Source: Piromyces finnis finn (lineage: Eukaryota > Fungi > Neocallimastigomycota). Taken from it: a stretch of 64,000 nt of DNA. Under the pieces are notes generated by a model that saw only the letters and a program-made list of their open reading frames with translations, did no database searches and was not told where the DNA came from. The stretch lies in NCBI GenBank assembly GCA_002104945.1, contig MCFH01000022.1, forward strand, positions 682,001-746,000. Reading direction: 5' to 3'. Below are positions 45,396 through 58,039 of the stretch, one piece after another. Made by a program: the position numbers and the translations under genes. Each line of letters opens with the position of its first letter. The first letter of the stretch is position 1.

Positions 45396-48300
45396 TTATG
45401 CTTTACATGAACTTGGAATACCACACCAATCATAATTTAATACACCCCAAGCACCAGATTCATCTTCTAAGTATAATTGACAATCTTCACAACATGGATA
45501 ACCATATTTCATTGACCAACATTGTTCAATTTTCATGGTACATTCATTTTGAATACCACACCATTCACCATTTTCAGAACCCCATGCACCATCTTGATCT
45601 TCTAATATAGCAACGCAGTGAGAACAGCATTTGTAACCTAAAGCTTCAGACCAACATTCATCAACAGTTTCACATTTTTTAACATCAATTTCACATGACT
45701 TTTCATCTTCCCATCCCCATAAGGAACCATCACCACCAGTACCTGTAACAACACATCCCTTACAGTATGTTTTTTCAGTTGAAGTATTTCCATTGTCAAT
45801 TGAGGTTCCTGAATTGTATCCACAAGTTTCTATATCAATTTCACAGGACTTTTCATTTTCCCATCCCCATAAAGAACCGTCACCACCAGTACCTGTGACA
45901 ACACATCCTTCACAGTAAACCTTCTTGTTAATGAAGGTTGGAACTTCAGTTAATTCGGATGGTCCTGGTAAATATGGCTTTAACCATGCCATTTGTCCTG
46001 GGAATGCTTTTTCGGCATTTGGTTCAATAGACATAGCATTATGTCCCCACCATGGACCTGCTGCCCACCATAAAGTACCAAGAACATATTCATTGTTTTC
46101 TTGGAGATATTCAATGGATTCTTGAACACATTCACGGCATTCATCAGTAAGGTATGAACCAATTTCTCCAATCCATCCCTTTAAATTGTTGGTCTTAAGC
46201 CATTCAACAAATTCTTTAAAGAGATTTTGACATGGGCGTTGAACACATTGATCACCTGTACCAGAGTAATCTTTATCAAAGTATTGGTGAACTTCAAAAA
46301 GAATATTTTCATCTTCAGATGAGAAATATCTTAAGGCAACATCAGCATTAGCTTCACCATACCAAGCTTCCTTACCCCAACTCCAAGCTCCAGTCCAACC
46401 GTTACCTGGAATTAAAATGTTGTTCTTAGCACCAGTGGAACGAATACCATCAACAGCAGCACGAGCTGCCTTGAACCAATCATCAGTTTCCATATCGTGT
46501 GGTTCATTAACTAAACCGAACCAAACATTTTCATTATCTTTGAAAATTTCAGCAAGTCTAGTCCAGAAGTCAACGAAAGCTTCAATTGGAACATCTTCAG
46601 AACCAATAAGTTTATTGTTGTAACGAGCATAGTTATGTGGATCAATAATAGCAATGGCACCCTTAGCAGTAGTAGCATCAACAACCTTTTTAAATTCAGT
46701 GATATCGAATTCATTAAATTCACCAAATAATTCATGCTGTAAACGTTCCCATCTGTTACAAATACGGAAAGCGTTCATACCTTGTTCGATAGTAGTTTCG
46801 ATGGCTTTAACATCTGGATAAATATAATGTTTATTGTAAACACCTGGTAAATTACCTTCACCAAATTCACCACTGGATTCGTTAACACCAAGGTATTGGA
46901 GTTTTTTTGAGTTGTTGTTACTTTCTCCACTTTGTTCTGATTCACAATTTTTAACATCAATTTCACATGACTTTTCATCTTCCCATCCCCATAAGGAACC
47001 ATCACCACCAGTACCTGTAACAACACATCCCTTACAGTATGTTTTTTCAGTTGAAGTATTTCCATTGTCAATTGAGGTTCCTGAATTGTATCCACAAGTT
47101 TCTATATCAATTTCACAGGACTTTTCATTTTCCCATCCCCATAAAGAACCGTCACCACCAGTACCTGTGACAACACATCCTTCACAGTAAACCTTCTTGT
47201 TAATGAAGGTTGGAACTTCAGTTAATTCGGATGGTCCTGGTAAATATGGCTTTAACCATGCCATTTGTCCTGGGAATGCTTTTTCGGCATTTGGTTCAAT
47301 AGACATAGCATTATGTCCCCACCATGGACCTGCTGCCCACCATAAAGTACCAAGAACATATTCATTGTTTTCTTGGAGATACTCAATGGATTCTTGAACA
47401 CATTCACGGCATTCGTCAGTAAGGTATGAACCAATTTCTCCAATCCATCCCTTTAAATTGTTGGTCTTAAGCCATTCAACAAATTCTTTAAAGAGATTTT
47501 GACATGGGCGTTGAACACATTGATCACCTGTACCAGAGTAATCTTTATCAAAGTATTGGTGAACTTCAAAAAGAATATTTTCATCTTCAGATGAGAAATA
47601 TCTTAAGGCAACATCAGCATTAGCTTCACCATACCAAGCTTCCTTACCCCAACTCCAAGCTCCAGTCCAACCGTTACCTGGAATTAAAATGTTGTTCTTA
47701 GCACCAGTGGAACGAATACCATCAACAGCAGCACGAGCTGCCTTGAACCAATCATCAGTTTCCATATCGTGTGGTTCATTAACTAAACCGAACCAAACAT
47801 TTTCATTATCTTTGAAAATTTCAGCAAGTCTAGTCCAGAAGTCAACGAAAGCTTCAATTGGAACATCTTCAGAACCAATAAGTTTATTGTTGTAACGAGC
47901 ATAGTTATGTGGATCAATAATAGCAATGGCACCCTTAGCAGTAGTAGCATCAACAACCTTTTTAAATTCAGTGATATCGAATTCATTAAATTCACCAAAT
48001 AATTCATGTTGTAAACGTTCCCATCTGTTACAAATACGGAAAGCATTCATACCTTGTTCGATAGTAGTTTCGATGGCTTTAACATCTGGATAAATATAAT
48101 GTTTATTGTAAACACCTGGTAAATTACCTTCACCAAATTCACCACTGGATTCATTCACACCCAACTATACATTATTTATTTAATGAAATAAAAATTATTA
48201 AATATATATTATTTGGTATTAAAATACAAATTTAAATAAAAATATTTTATTAATAATAAATATAATATTGTCTTTTTTTTTTTTTTCATTGTTTTGTTGA

Positions 48301-48422
48301 TATATCTATAGTTATAATATTTGGATTTTTTTATAAATAAAAAAATATATACTAACATATTGAAGTTTTTTGGCTGAGGCATAAGCCAAAGATGATAAAA
48401 ATAAAGCTTTTGAGAATTTCAT
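45396..48422 (-). CDS. Secreted endoglucanase with two GH5 domains: [GH5 + 2 non-canonical repeats] x2 + 2 canonical dockerins; 2 exons
   Basis: Exon 1 48422-48357 (MKFSKALFLSSLAYASAKKLQY), exon 2 48164-45396. Both GH5 domains have intact NEP and GEIG catalytic motifs. C-terminal CWSEALGYKCC...WGSENGEWCGI and CWSMKYGYPCC...WGVLNYDWCGI. Confidence 0.96.
45669..48152. repeat. Near-perfect intragenic tandem repeat, period 1272 bp
   Basis: 45669-46880 matches 46941-48152. ORF-track shadows recur at +1272 (45925/47197, 46417/47689). Confidence 0.97.
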
Positions 48423-50291
48423 TTCAAATAATTTATCCCAAATATTGTTCCAGACAATATTTTTTTTATATTTTTATATTTATCAAAGGTTTAGTTTTAG
48501 TTTTATTTATTGGAGTATACTATTGTTACTATTTTTATAATTTTTTCTATACTTTTTTTTTTTTATTTTATAGTAATAATTACTTAAATATTTTATATAT
48601 TCTTTGGTGAAAATATTTCATATTTATACTTTTTATTTTAATATTTATTTAATTAAACTTTAATTTTAATAAATATATTAATATGATAATTTATAAATAG
48701 AAATAATTATCTTGAACAAATACTTATTGTAAATGGAAAATAAAGTCAAAACATTTATTAATTTATTATTTAATATTAATGAGAATTTTTATATATAATA
48801 AAGTTTATATATTTTTTTATTAAAAGTATAATACTAATATTTAACCAATATTTATATATTAATTAAAATAAATTAAATAGAAAGAACAATATAAAAAAAG
48901 ATAATAAAAATATATAGAAAATATATTGGATTGTTACATAATATATATAAATAATTATATATAAATTAATAAAATTTACTTATTACCACAATGACTCATT
49001 TAATAATATAATTTGTATACCAAAGTTATTGTAATAAAGAAAGATATAAAAAAAAAAAAAAAAAAGAATTATATATTATAGTGGTAGGTATAACTAGTAT
49101 AACTACTTAAAACTATATCTCTTTAAAATATAGTTATATACTATATTAAAAAGATTACATATACAATATTTAATTAAGGTACATTTTGTTAAATTATATG
49201 TTTATTTATTTAAGGTTAATATGAAATTATGAAATTACTTATTTATATTAATAATTTCCTATAAAAATAAAAATTTACAGTTAAATATTATAAAGAATTA
49301 TATATAAATTTAAGTTTTAATTTTATTATTTCAATATTGAAACATTTTGAATTATTGTAAATTCTGAATATTATTAAAAAATATATACAAAAACTTTAAT
49401 TCTTAAAATGATAAATCCAATAAAGATTCATATATAAATTATAAATTTTTTTTAAATAGATAATCTATTATATCCATTTCCATTATATTCATTGTATTCA
49501 TTATAATGAATAAAAAAAATAATTTATAAAATAAACTTTATAGTTTATAAAATAATTTAATATTGTTTTTTGGGAGTAAAATTTATATTTCATAAACTCA
49601 ACAAAATTATTTATTTTAGAAATATTTAATGTTTTAATAAATTGTGGTAAATATATTAATATAAAATATTTTCCTTCTTTTTGTAAAAAATTTTAACATT
49701 GTTTTACTATTAACGGAAAATATTATGTATTGTGTAATAAATTTTTAAATATATTATTATTATTTAAACTTTTTAATATCAACCTTATTTAATACAATAA
49801 GAATATTAAAAAATGAGTAATATATCATAAGGTAAATATAAAATTAATTTTCCGTTATAAAAAAATTTTATTATAACTATAATTATTATAAAATTTTATT
49901 GATTTTCTCCTTTTTTCCTTTTTTCCGTAAAATCTTAAACATTGCTATTGTTTCTGTCAAAAATTATTAACACCATTTATATATTTGTTCTGATATTAGG
50001 TTCAATTCATTTTAAATAGTTAAAAAAAAAAAGTATTTAAAAATGACTCAAAATTATTGGAAGTATTTTTTATTCGTTTATTTATTTAATAAAAATAATA
50101 TTTATTAAATAAAAAAAAAAACAACTTAATAATAAATAAGAAATATATCATTTAAATAATATTAAATGGTATGGTATATGATATTAAAAATTTTACTCAT
50201 GGTTTTAAATAAATAATAAATAAATTCTAAATTAATAATTTAATGTTTGCAATGAAAAAAAAAAGAATTACTAATATCTAAAAAAATTATT

Positions 50292-53081
50292 TTAAAGATT
50301 CTTTTTCTTCTTTTGTTGTTTTTTGTTCTTTTTCATTTCTTTCATACGTTTATCAAGAATATTATTCTGTCTTTCCTCTTCAACTTTTAATTCTTCTTGC
50401 TGTTTAAGAACACTTTCTAAATATGTATCTGTAGTTGCTTCAAAATCATCTTTTTTATTTCTACGATCAAATTTTTTATTATTATTCCTATCCCTTTTCA
50501 TCTTTTTATTTCTATTATTGTAGCCTCTGTCTTGATCTGAAGAAGTATTCAAGCTCAATTTATCTAATGGCTTAATTACAGTTTTAGTAGTAATTTTTCC
50601 AGAGAAAATCATATCAATATCATCGTTATTAATAAGATTATTTGAGGCATTCTTATCTTCTTCGTTATTAATATCACTTAATTTTCTTTTTTTTACTTTT
50701 TTATTTTTTATTTTTTGAGGTTTTTGATTATCATTATCACTGGTAGTTTCGCCGTTTGAATCTTTGACAGAGCTAAATAATTTATCTATTAAATCAAATC
50801 CATTACTATGACCATCATCCTTTTTTCCTTTACTAATATTATTTTTCTTATTTTGCTTTTGTTTGGTTTGACTATTAGTATCAGTACTATTGTCTTTAAC
50901 AGTATTAAATAATTTATCAATTAAATCAAGGCCATTTACTTCATTTTCTTCTTTATCTTCTTTTTCCGTTTTATTTTTATTACCTAGACTTATTGGTAAA
51001 GAATCAAAAATATTATCAATAATATTATCATTACTAGTTTTAATTTGTTTCTTTTGATGTTGTTTTTGCTTTTTTTTGTTTATTTTTTTTTCCTTTAATT
51101 TTGATGATTCTTGAATTTTTCGGTTATTAGAAGATTCACCAGCATCATTACTATCAGATCCTAAAACACCCCAAAAACTAGATGATAATTCATTATTACT
51201 TTCCTCAATAATAATTGGTTTCTCTTCTTTTTCCATTTCTTTATCCTTATCTTCATCTATATCAAATAAAAATATATTAATATATAAATTAAATTATATT
51301 TGCATTATATTGTTAATTATATTCTGTTTATAATACCATCCATTTTACTACCTTTTATTTCACTTGACTCATCTATCGCTTTTTGAATTGATAAATAATT
51401 TGAATATTCTGATTCTATGGATCTTTATAATTAATATATTTACATTAGAATTTTAAACATAATCATAAATATATGAAAATATAATTAATAAAATCATACT
51501 TTGAATGAATAACAATATCATCAATACTTTCAGTTAGTCCAATTTCATATTCCTTATTTTTAACCTATTTTATATTTTACATATACGTACAACATTATTA
51601 TATTGATTTTATTACTTTTTTATGAGAGAAATTTATATTTATTTATTTATTTTTTTTTTTTAATCTTTTATTTGTTAATTTTTACTTACTTGTTTTAAGG
51701 TTGACATCCAATGATATGACATTTTATAACAAAGGTTCATTTCTTTTAAAACAAATTGGAAATATATATGAAGTCTACTTGTTGAACTCATAACAATGAG
51801 TGCAAATGGCATGAATAATCCTTGTCTTAAAATAGCATGAAAAGCACTATGAATATAGAATCAATAATTAATACCATTAAATATATAGATAATAGAAAAA
51901 AAAAAAGTAATTTACTTTCATTATAAATACATACACATATGTGTCTTCAAGTACATTGATTGTCTTTTTTAATATTAAGTTTTTAATATTATATAATTGA
52001 ATTTATATAGTTGATAAGCAAAATAATTAAAAAAATATTAAATTTTAAATATTATTTTTATTTTAACCAACCTTTGATAATAATTTATATCCACCAACTA
52101 AGCGTGTTAAAAAAAAAGATACCATTTCTCTTGAAGGCAATTTATAAATATCTTTATCCCCAGTTCTATATATATATATATTACATAATATTTTAGTTAA
52201 ATTTATTTCTGGTAATATTATTTACTTTATTTCTCTTACTTTGTTGGTATAATTTTATCCATAATATCTGAAAGATTTAATTCTTGAAAACGTTTTAGGC
52301 ATCTTGATAGCTGTTATTATTGTTTAAAATAATGGATATATATTTTAAATATTTTGTTTAATTTACATGAAATAAAATTTTATCGAAAGTACTAATTCTA
52401 ATTAATTTTAAATAAACTATCTTTTATCATTATACTTTATATACTTAAATACAAATATTTTTGAATATATACAATTTAAATTTCCTTCTTTTTTTTTTAA
52501 AAAAAAAAAAAAAGGAATAAATAGATAAACTCAAAAATATACATATATATTTAAAATTATATTATATTTTCAAATTATAAAAATTAAATTTTATAATAAA
52601 AATCAAGATTTATATGAAATTTCATTATATAATAAAGAATAATAATAATTAATTTTAATACAGAGAATTTATTTTTATAAACAAAAAAATTATCTGTATT
52701 AAAAACAATATAAATTCAATGCTACTGAAATATATTTAACAATAACTAATAACATTTTTCCCTTTTAATCCATTTAATCCATAAGTTTAATTTTTAAAAT
52801 TTCGAAATCTATTATCAATATATAATGTATAATTAACAATAATTTTATATTTTTATAACATTTACTTCAACTAATTTTCTTAAATGCGCTGATTTTCTAT
52901 GTTGTAATGTATTTTTGTATAATATACGTTGAATTATTGCGATTTCTTCATAAAGTTGTTTCTTTGTGAACAATCTTTGAAAATAATATAATTTTGGAAC
53001 CCATCCATTATTAACTAATCCTGTATCTGTATCCTCTTCAGGACACACTGGTAATTCAAGTGACCTTTTATTCCAATTCAT
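50292..53081 (-). CDS. RNase MRP subunit Rmp1/NEPRO-like protein with Lys-rich C-terminal tail; multi-exon
   Basis: Exon 1 53081-52866 (EEIAIIQRILYKNTLQHRKSAHLRKLVE). Short exons at about 52310-52240 (LSRCLKRF), 52165-52072 (LPSREMVSFFLTRLVGGYKLLSK), 51963-51936, 51846-51690 (AFHAILRQGLFMPFALIVMSSTSRL), 51565-51500 and near 51335-51420, then the large ORF ending at 50292. The pattern resembles the Rmp1/NEPRO N-terminal domain from memory. Confidence 0.62.
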
Positions 53082-53651
53082 CTTATTATATTTTTACTAA
53101 ATATTAAATTTATTCATATATAATTGTATTCTTTTTATAAAAATTGATAATTTTTAATTTTATTAGAAATTCCCTTAAATTGATAAAAAAAAAATAATAA
53201 TGTTGTAATATGTGATTTATTAAACACACGTGTATTTGGACCATGTGATATATATAATAATTTTATGATTTAAATACATATTCTTTTCATGTAATATATT
53301 AACAATTATTAACAATAGAATTTTAATTAATCCAAAAATATTTGTAGTATTCTTTCAAACAAAATTTTCCAATATAAAATGTATTATAGAGCTTTAAAAT
53401 AAATAACAAGAATTATAATAAATGCTATAGTTAGAGACATTTAAACAGAAATTTCTATAATATAGGTATATATTCATTATCATTTATATTTATTTTTTTA
53501 TCTATGGATTAGGGAATACATTAGATACATTAATATTCAATAAAACTTTGATACAGGTAAAAAAACAACACTATTTAATTCGATCTATATACTATTTTTA
53601 TTATTTGTTAGTTAACTATTAGAAAAATTAATATAACAAAAAATTTGTATA

Positions 53652-53707
53652 TTAAATTTTACTGTTCCTTTAAGTAAATTAAGTTTTTTTGGAACAGTAA
53701 AATTTAA
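53652..53707. repeat. Perfect 17-bp inverted repeat with 22-nt spacer
   Basis: TTAAATTTTACTGTTCC (53652-53668) and GGAACAGTAAAATTTAA (53691-53707). Confidence 0.85.
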
Positions 53708-56611
53708 ATATTTCTTTAACATTAGATTTGTTAAAGCTATGTAGTAAAGATTAAAGTTGTATTTTATTCATTACATAAAGCAATAATATATAAATATGTT
53801 TTATGTTTTATGCATTATATATTATTATTAGCAATTTTTTTTAATTTAGTAATAGTAAATAGTTTCTCTACACACATTACTTTTCATAAAAAAGAAAAAT
53901 ATTTGAAAAAAGAAGTTTTTGTTATTAGAATATTTTACTACTGTTTAGACATAAAATCATTTATAAAGATTTTTTTATATTAATGAATTTATAATAAATA
54001 TATCTTTTTAATAAGTAACATAATAATAAGAATTTAAAGACCAATATGAACAATTGTTTTTTCATTCCTTTTTCATCTTACTTTTATTTTTATTGTTTAT
54101 TAATTTCGATAAAAAAGACCAAAAAAAAAAAAAAGAAATATTTAATATGGAGTTTTTTTCTATATTTTTAATTTAATTTTTGAAGATTTTAATTAAAGTA
54201 TAAACTTTAATTACTAATAAAATTTAAAGAATAGAATGTGTTAATTTAAAAGATTAAAACTCTATTAACTAGTTTTTTTTAAATTTTATAACTTGTGATT
54301 TAGACAATTTACTTTTTCATAATATTAATTATTAAAAATTTCATTAGTAAAGTTTTAAAATAAGTAATATTTATACATATACTAATCCTATTAAAATATA
54401 AATAATAAAAAGTTTAATTTTATTATTGCATAAAATGCGTATAAATTTATAATATACAATTTCTCTTTCCAGTGTTAACTTTTTTTTATATAAACATTTT
54501 TACCAGTATATAATATATTAAATTTATATATTTATTTTAATAAAAGTGATTTTATTGGTGTTTTAAATTTTCAATTTACCAAAATCTACAATGATTCAAT
54601 AAAAAAAAGATAAACTTTTAAAAAGGATAAGCCAACAATGTTTAATGCTTAGAATAATTAAAATATACAAAATACCTTTAAAATTTTATAATGTTTCAAA
54701 AAAAGTTATTATTATTATTATTATTATTACCAGAAGGTTTAATAGCTTTTTTAAAAGTAAATTCATAAAAGATATAATTTTTTATATTTTTTATATGATG
54801 AATTAAAATATATATTATAATATAATGAATAATATATTACAATTAAAAATAAAATATTATAAAATTATAATATATTTAATATAAATGAATATACTATCTA
54901 TATTATATTAAAATAAATTAAATTTAATTTATTCTACTTATATTGTTACAAATATGATAAATATATTATAAACATATATTAAAATAAATTAATTATTCCA
55001 ATAAATTCAATTGAAATAAATAATTTTATATTAATATTTAATATATTTTCATATATTTATTTATTAATGAAAATATATTTAGATAATAATAGAGTTTTAT
55101 AATTTTTTTTATATATTAATTAAATAGAAAAAAACCAAAAAAAAAAAAGAAATATGCATGCTTCATCATCACCTTATTATTTGTTTTAGAATAAATATTG
55201 CCTTTTGATCATTTTTAATGTGAATGAAATTATAAAGTTTATAATATAATGAATAATAATAGTCAATAATAGTCAATAAATATTACTATATTCCTAAATA
55301 ATAATAATATTATCCAAATCAATATTTTTTTTATTTGAAAATAGATTTATTAATTTATATACTTTGTTATTTGATTAAAAGTAATACAAAATAATTTTAA
55401 TATAATCATAATTAAGCTATTCAAAAAAAAAAAAAAAAAAATTTTTTTCCCTTTTTTTCTTTAAACTAAACCAAAATTTTTTTTTTATATATAATTTTAA
55501 AAAACAGATTTAATAAAAATTTATATTTTATTTATAAAAAAAAAAAAAAGAAAATAAAATTAAAAATAGAAAATAAAAAACTATATTAATAGAATTTTGA
55601 AGATTTTCTTTTTAATTTATTAATTTATTTATTTTTAGCGAAAATTTAGAAATAAATTAGTAAATTTAAAAGAAATACTACAACTGAAAAATCTAATTAA
55701 TATCAAACTAAATTTAAAAAGGAAATAAAAACTAAAAGGAATTTAAAAAAAGAAAAACGAATTAATCGTTTATATTATCAACATTCTTTTTTTATTTATT
55801 CTTGACAAATCTTTATAAAACCGAAACAATAAATTAATTTAAAAGTAAAAATAGTAATATATTAAATATATAAAAATTTGAAATATATTTATTTTTTTTT
55901 CGAGGATTTTAAATATAATGCAAAATTACAAAAAACTATAAATCCAAATAATATATTTTACATAAAAAAATAAAATATAAGAATAAAAATGCGCTAAAAA
56001 AAAAGTCAACTAAATATTTATCATATAAATCAATTTGAATTAAAATATAGAAAAGTAAATAAAAAATAAAACAACTAGAGCAATTTATATAAAATGTATA
56101 TTTGATAACAATCATGACTGTAAATAATAAAACATTTGAAAAGATAAATGAATAAAAAGCTTCAAATTTATGTATGCAATATATTTAAAGAAATAAAAAA
56201 AAATCCTTTAATTTTAATAATAAATGAATTATATAAACATAAAATTATTATATAGATAAAAGAATAAAAAAATAAAATTATTTTTATTTTTTTTTCATCC
56301 AGGAATTAATAATAATCCATTATCATTGATATTAAAAATTATATTATTAAAAATGCCTTTCAATTATATAATAAATTACCATAATATTATATTTTCAGCA
56401 AAAAAAAAAAAATATATATATATATAAAACAAACTAATATATATAACAATCTTGTTTTAATTATCAATACTTTTAATTCAAATATTTAATTAAAATATTT
56501 AAATGTTTAAATTTTTAATTATTAACATATCAAAGAATCGTTATTAATTTAAATTTTAATAAAATATTTATTTATATAAAATAGTAATAGAAATAAATAA
56601 TTTTAGTAAAA

Positions 56612-58039
56612 ATGACAAGCAGTAAATCAGGAAAAAAATCAAAAATAAATAAGAGTGACATTTCAGTACCAGTTACAATGTTAAAACCTATGAATGAAGG
56701 TAGCGTTTCATTCCAAAAAGGTAAGGGGAATGAAGTGCCATTTATGGATCTTCAATTTGAAGACGAAGCCATTGAAGAACCAGCTATGACTATGCAACAA
56801 TATCAAGATTTCTTACAAGCTGTTGCTACTTTTAGAAAATCTATTCAAGCTATGGCAATGACAGCTGAAAAGTTTGTTAGAGCTTTAGAAGATGTTACTA
56901 ACTATGCTTCAAAAAGTAATTTTCGATTTTTATAATTACTTATTTTATTAATAGTATATATTAAAAATTTAATATAAAATAAAAAAAATTGTAAAATTTT
57001 AATATGTATATTTGTATATGTAAAAATAATAATATAGCCAATATTACAAGACCACACATTTTAGCAGATCTTGATTTTCTTATTGATAGTACTCAGTTAT
57101 TTGCTAATGCCAATATGGTTTGGGTATGAATTAATTTACCTTTTAATCAATAACAAATTTCCTTTTAAAAACCATTATAGTTATATAGTTATATTAAATA
57201 AGTAATAAAAATCTTATTGCTTAATAATTATAGGCTGAAGCCTTAGAAAGAGAATTTGAAGTTCCAATAGCAACCGATATTAATGCACACCAAGCTAGAG
57301 GAAAGGTAAAAAAAATAAAGTAATAATAATAATGATGATGATGATGATAATAATAATAATAATAATACAAATAATTTTATATCAAATAAAATAATTTAGC
57401 TTACCCAACACACTAATGAAAAGAAAGTTAAAGAATTAATTGCATCATTCCAAAAAGAAGAATATGATTCTTACAAAAAAGGAAAGAAACAACAAAGAGA
57501 TTTAGGAATGCTTACTGATGTAAGAGAGATAAATAAATAAATAAATAAATAAAATAGATAAATATTTTTTAGCTTATTCAATTACTAATAAAATTCTTAT
57601 TTTTAATTTGAATAATATAATACATAAAATTTGGATTTTTATAATACTAGTCTTTAAATTCAAGAGTATCATGTGTTGCTGAAATCAAACGTTTATTAAT
57701 TGACAGTTCAAGCATTTATGATCGTTTAGCTTCTGAATCAGTTGAATTTATTTTAGAACATTGTGCTATTGGTATTAGACGTGAACTTGAAACTTTTGAA
57801 ACAATCGTTGAAGGACTTAAAAAAGTAATTATTTTATTTTTATGATAATTTTTTTAAGAATCATATGGATATGGGAATTAAAATTTTATTTTTAAAACTA
57901 ATAATAGTTGGGTGCTTTCCAAACTGCTCAAGAAGAAGAATCATACATAGATGACAAGGCTCCATCAGATTTAATCTTCACAGAAGAAGAAGAAAAGTTT
58001 AAATTAGATTTCTTAAGAGAAGCTTTAAAGGATATATAA
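56612..58039 (+). CDS. Coiled-coil protein, probable I-BAR/IMD domain (Ivy1-like); about 6 exons
   Basis: Exons join in frame: ...YQDFLQAVATFRKSIQAMAMTAEKFVRALE...WAEALEREFEVPIATD...KKGKKQQRDL...ETIVEGLKK...FLREALKDI*. The Y..L..A..R..L..F..ALE, FE.P and RDL pattern recalls the Ivy1 I-BAR domain. Confidence 0.55.

Noticed and set aside
45398-48046. Many short duplicated ORFs inside the double-GH5 gene
   Set aside because: Off-frame or antisense shadows, duplicated because of the 1272-bp repeat.
45669-48152. CRISPR-like or transposon interpretation of the repeats
   Set aside because: The repeats are in-frame protein modules with no spacers, terminal repeats or transposase/RT motifs.
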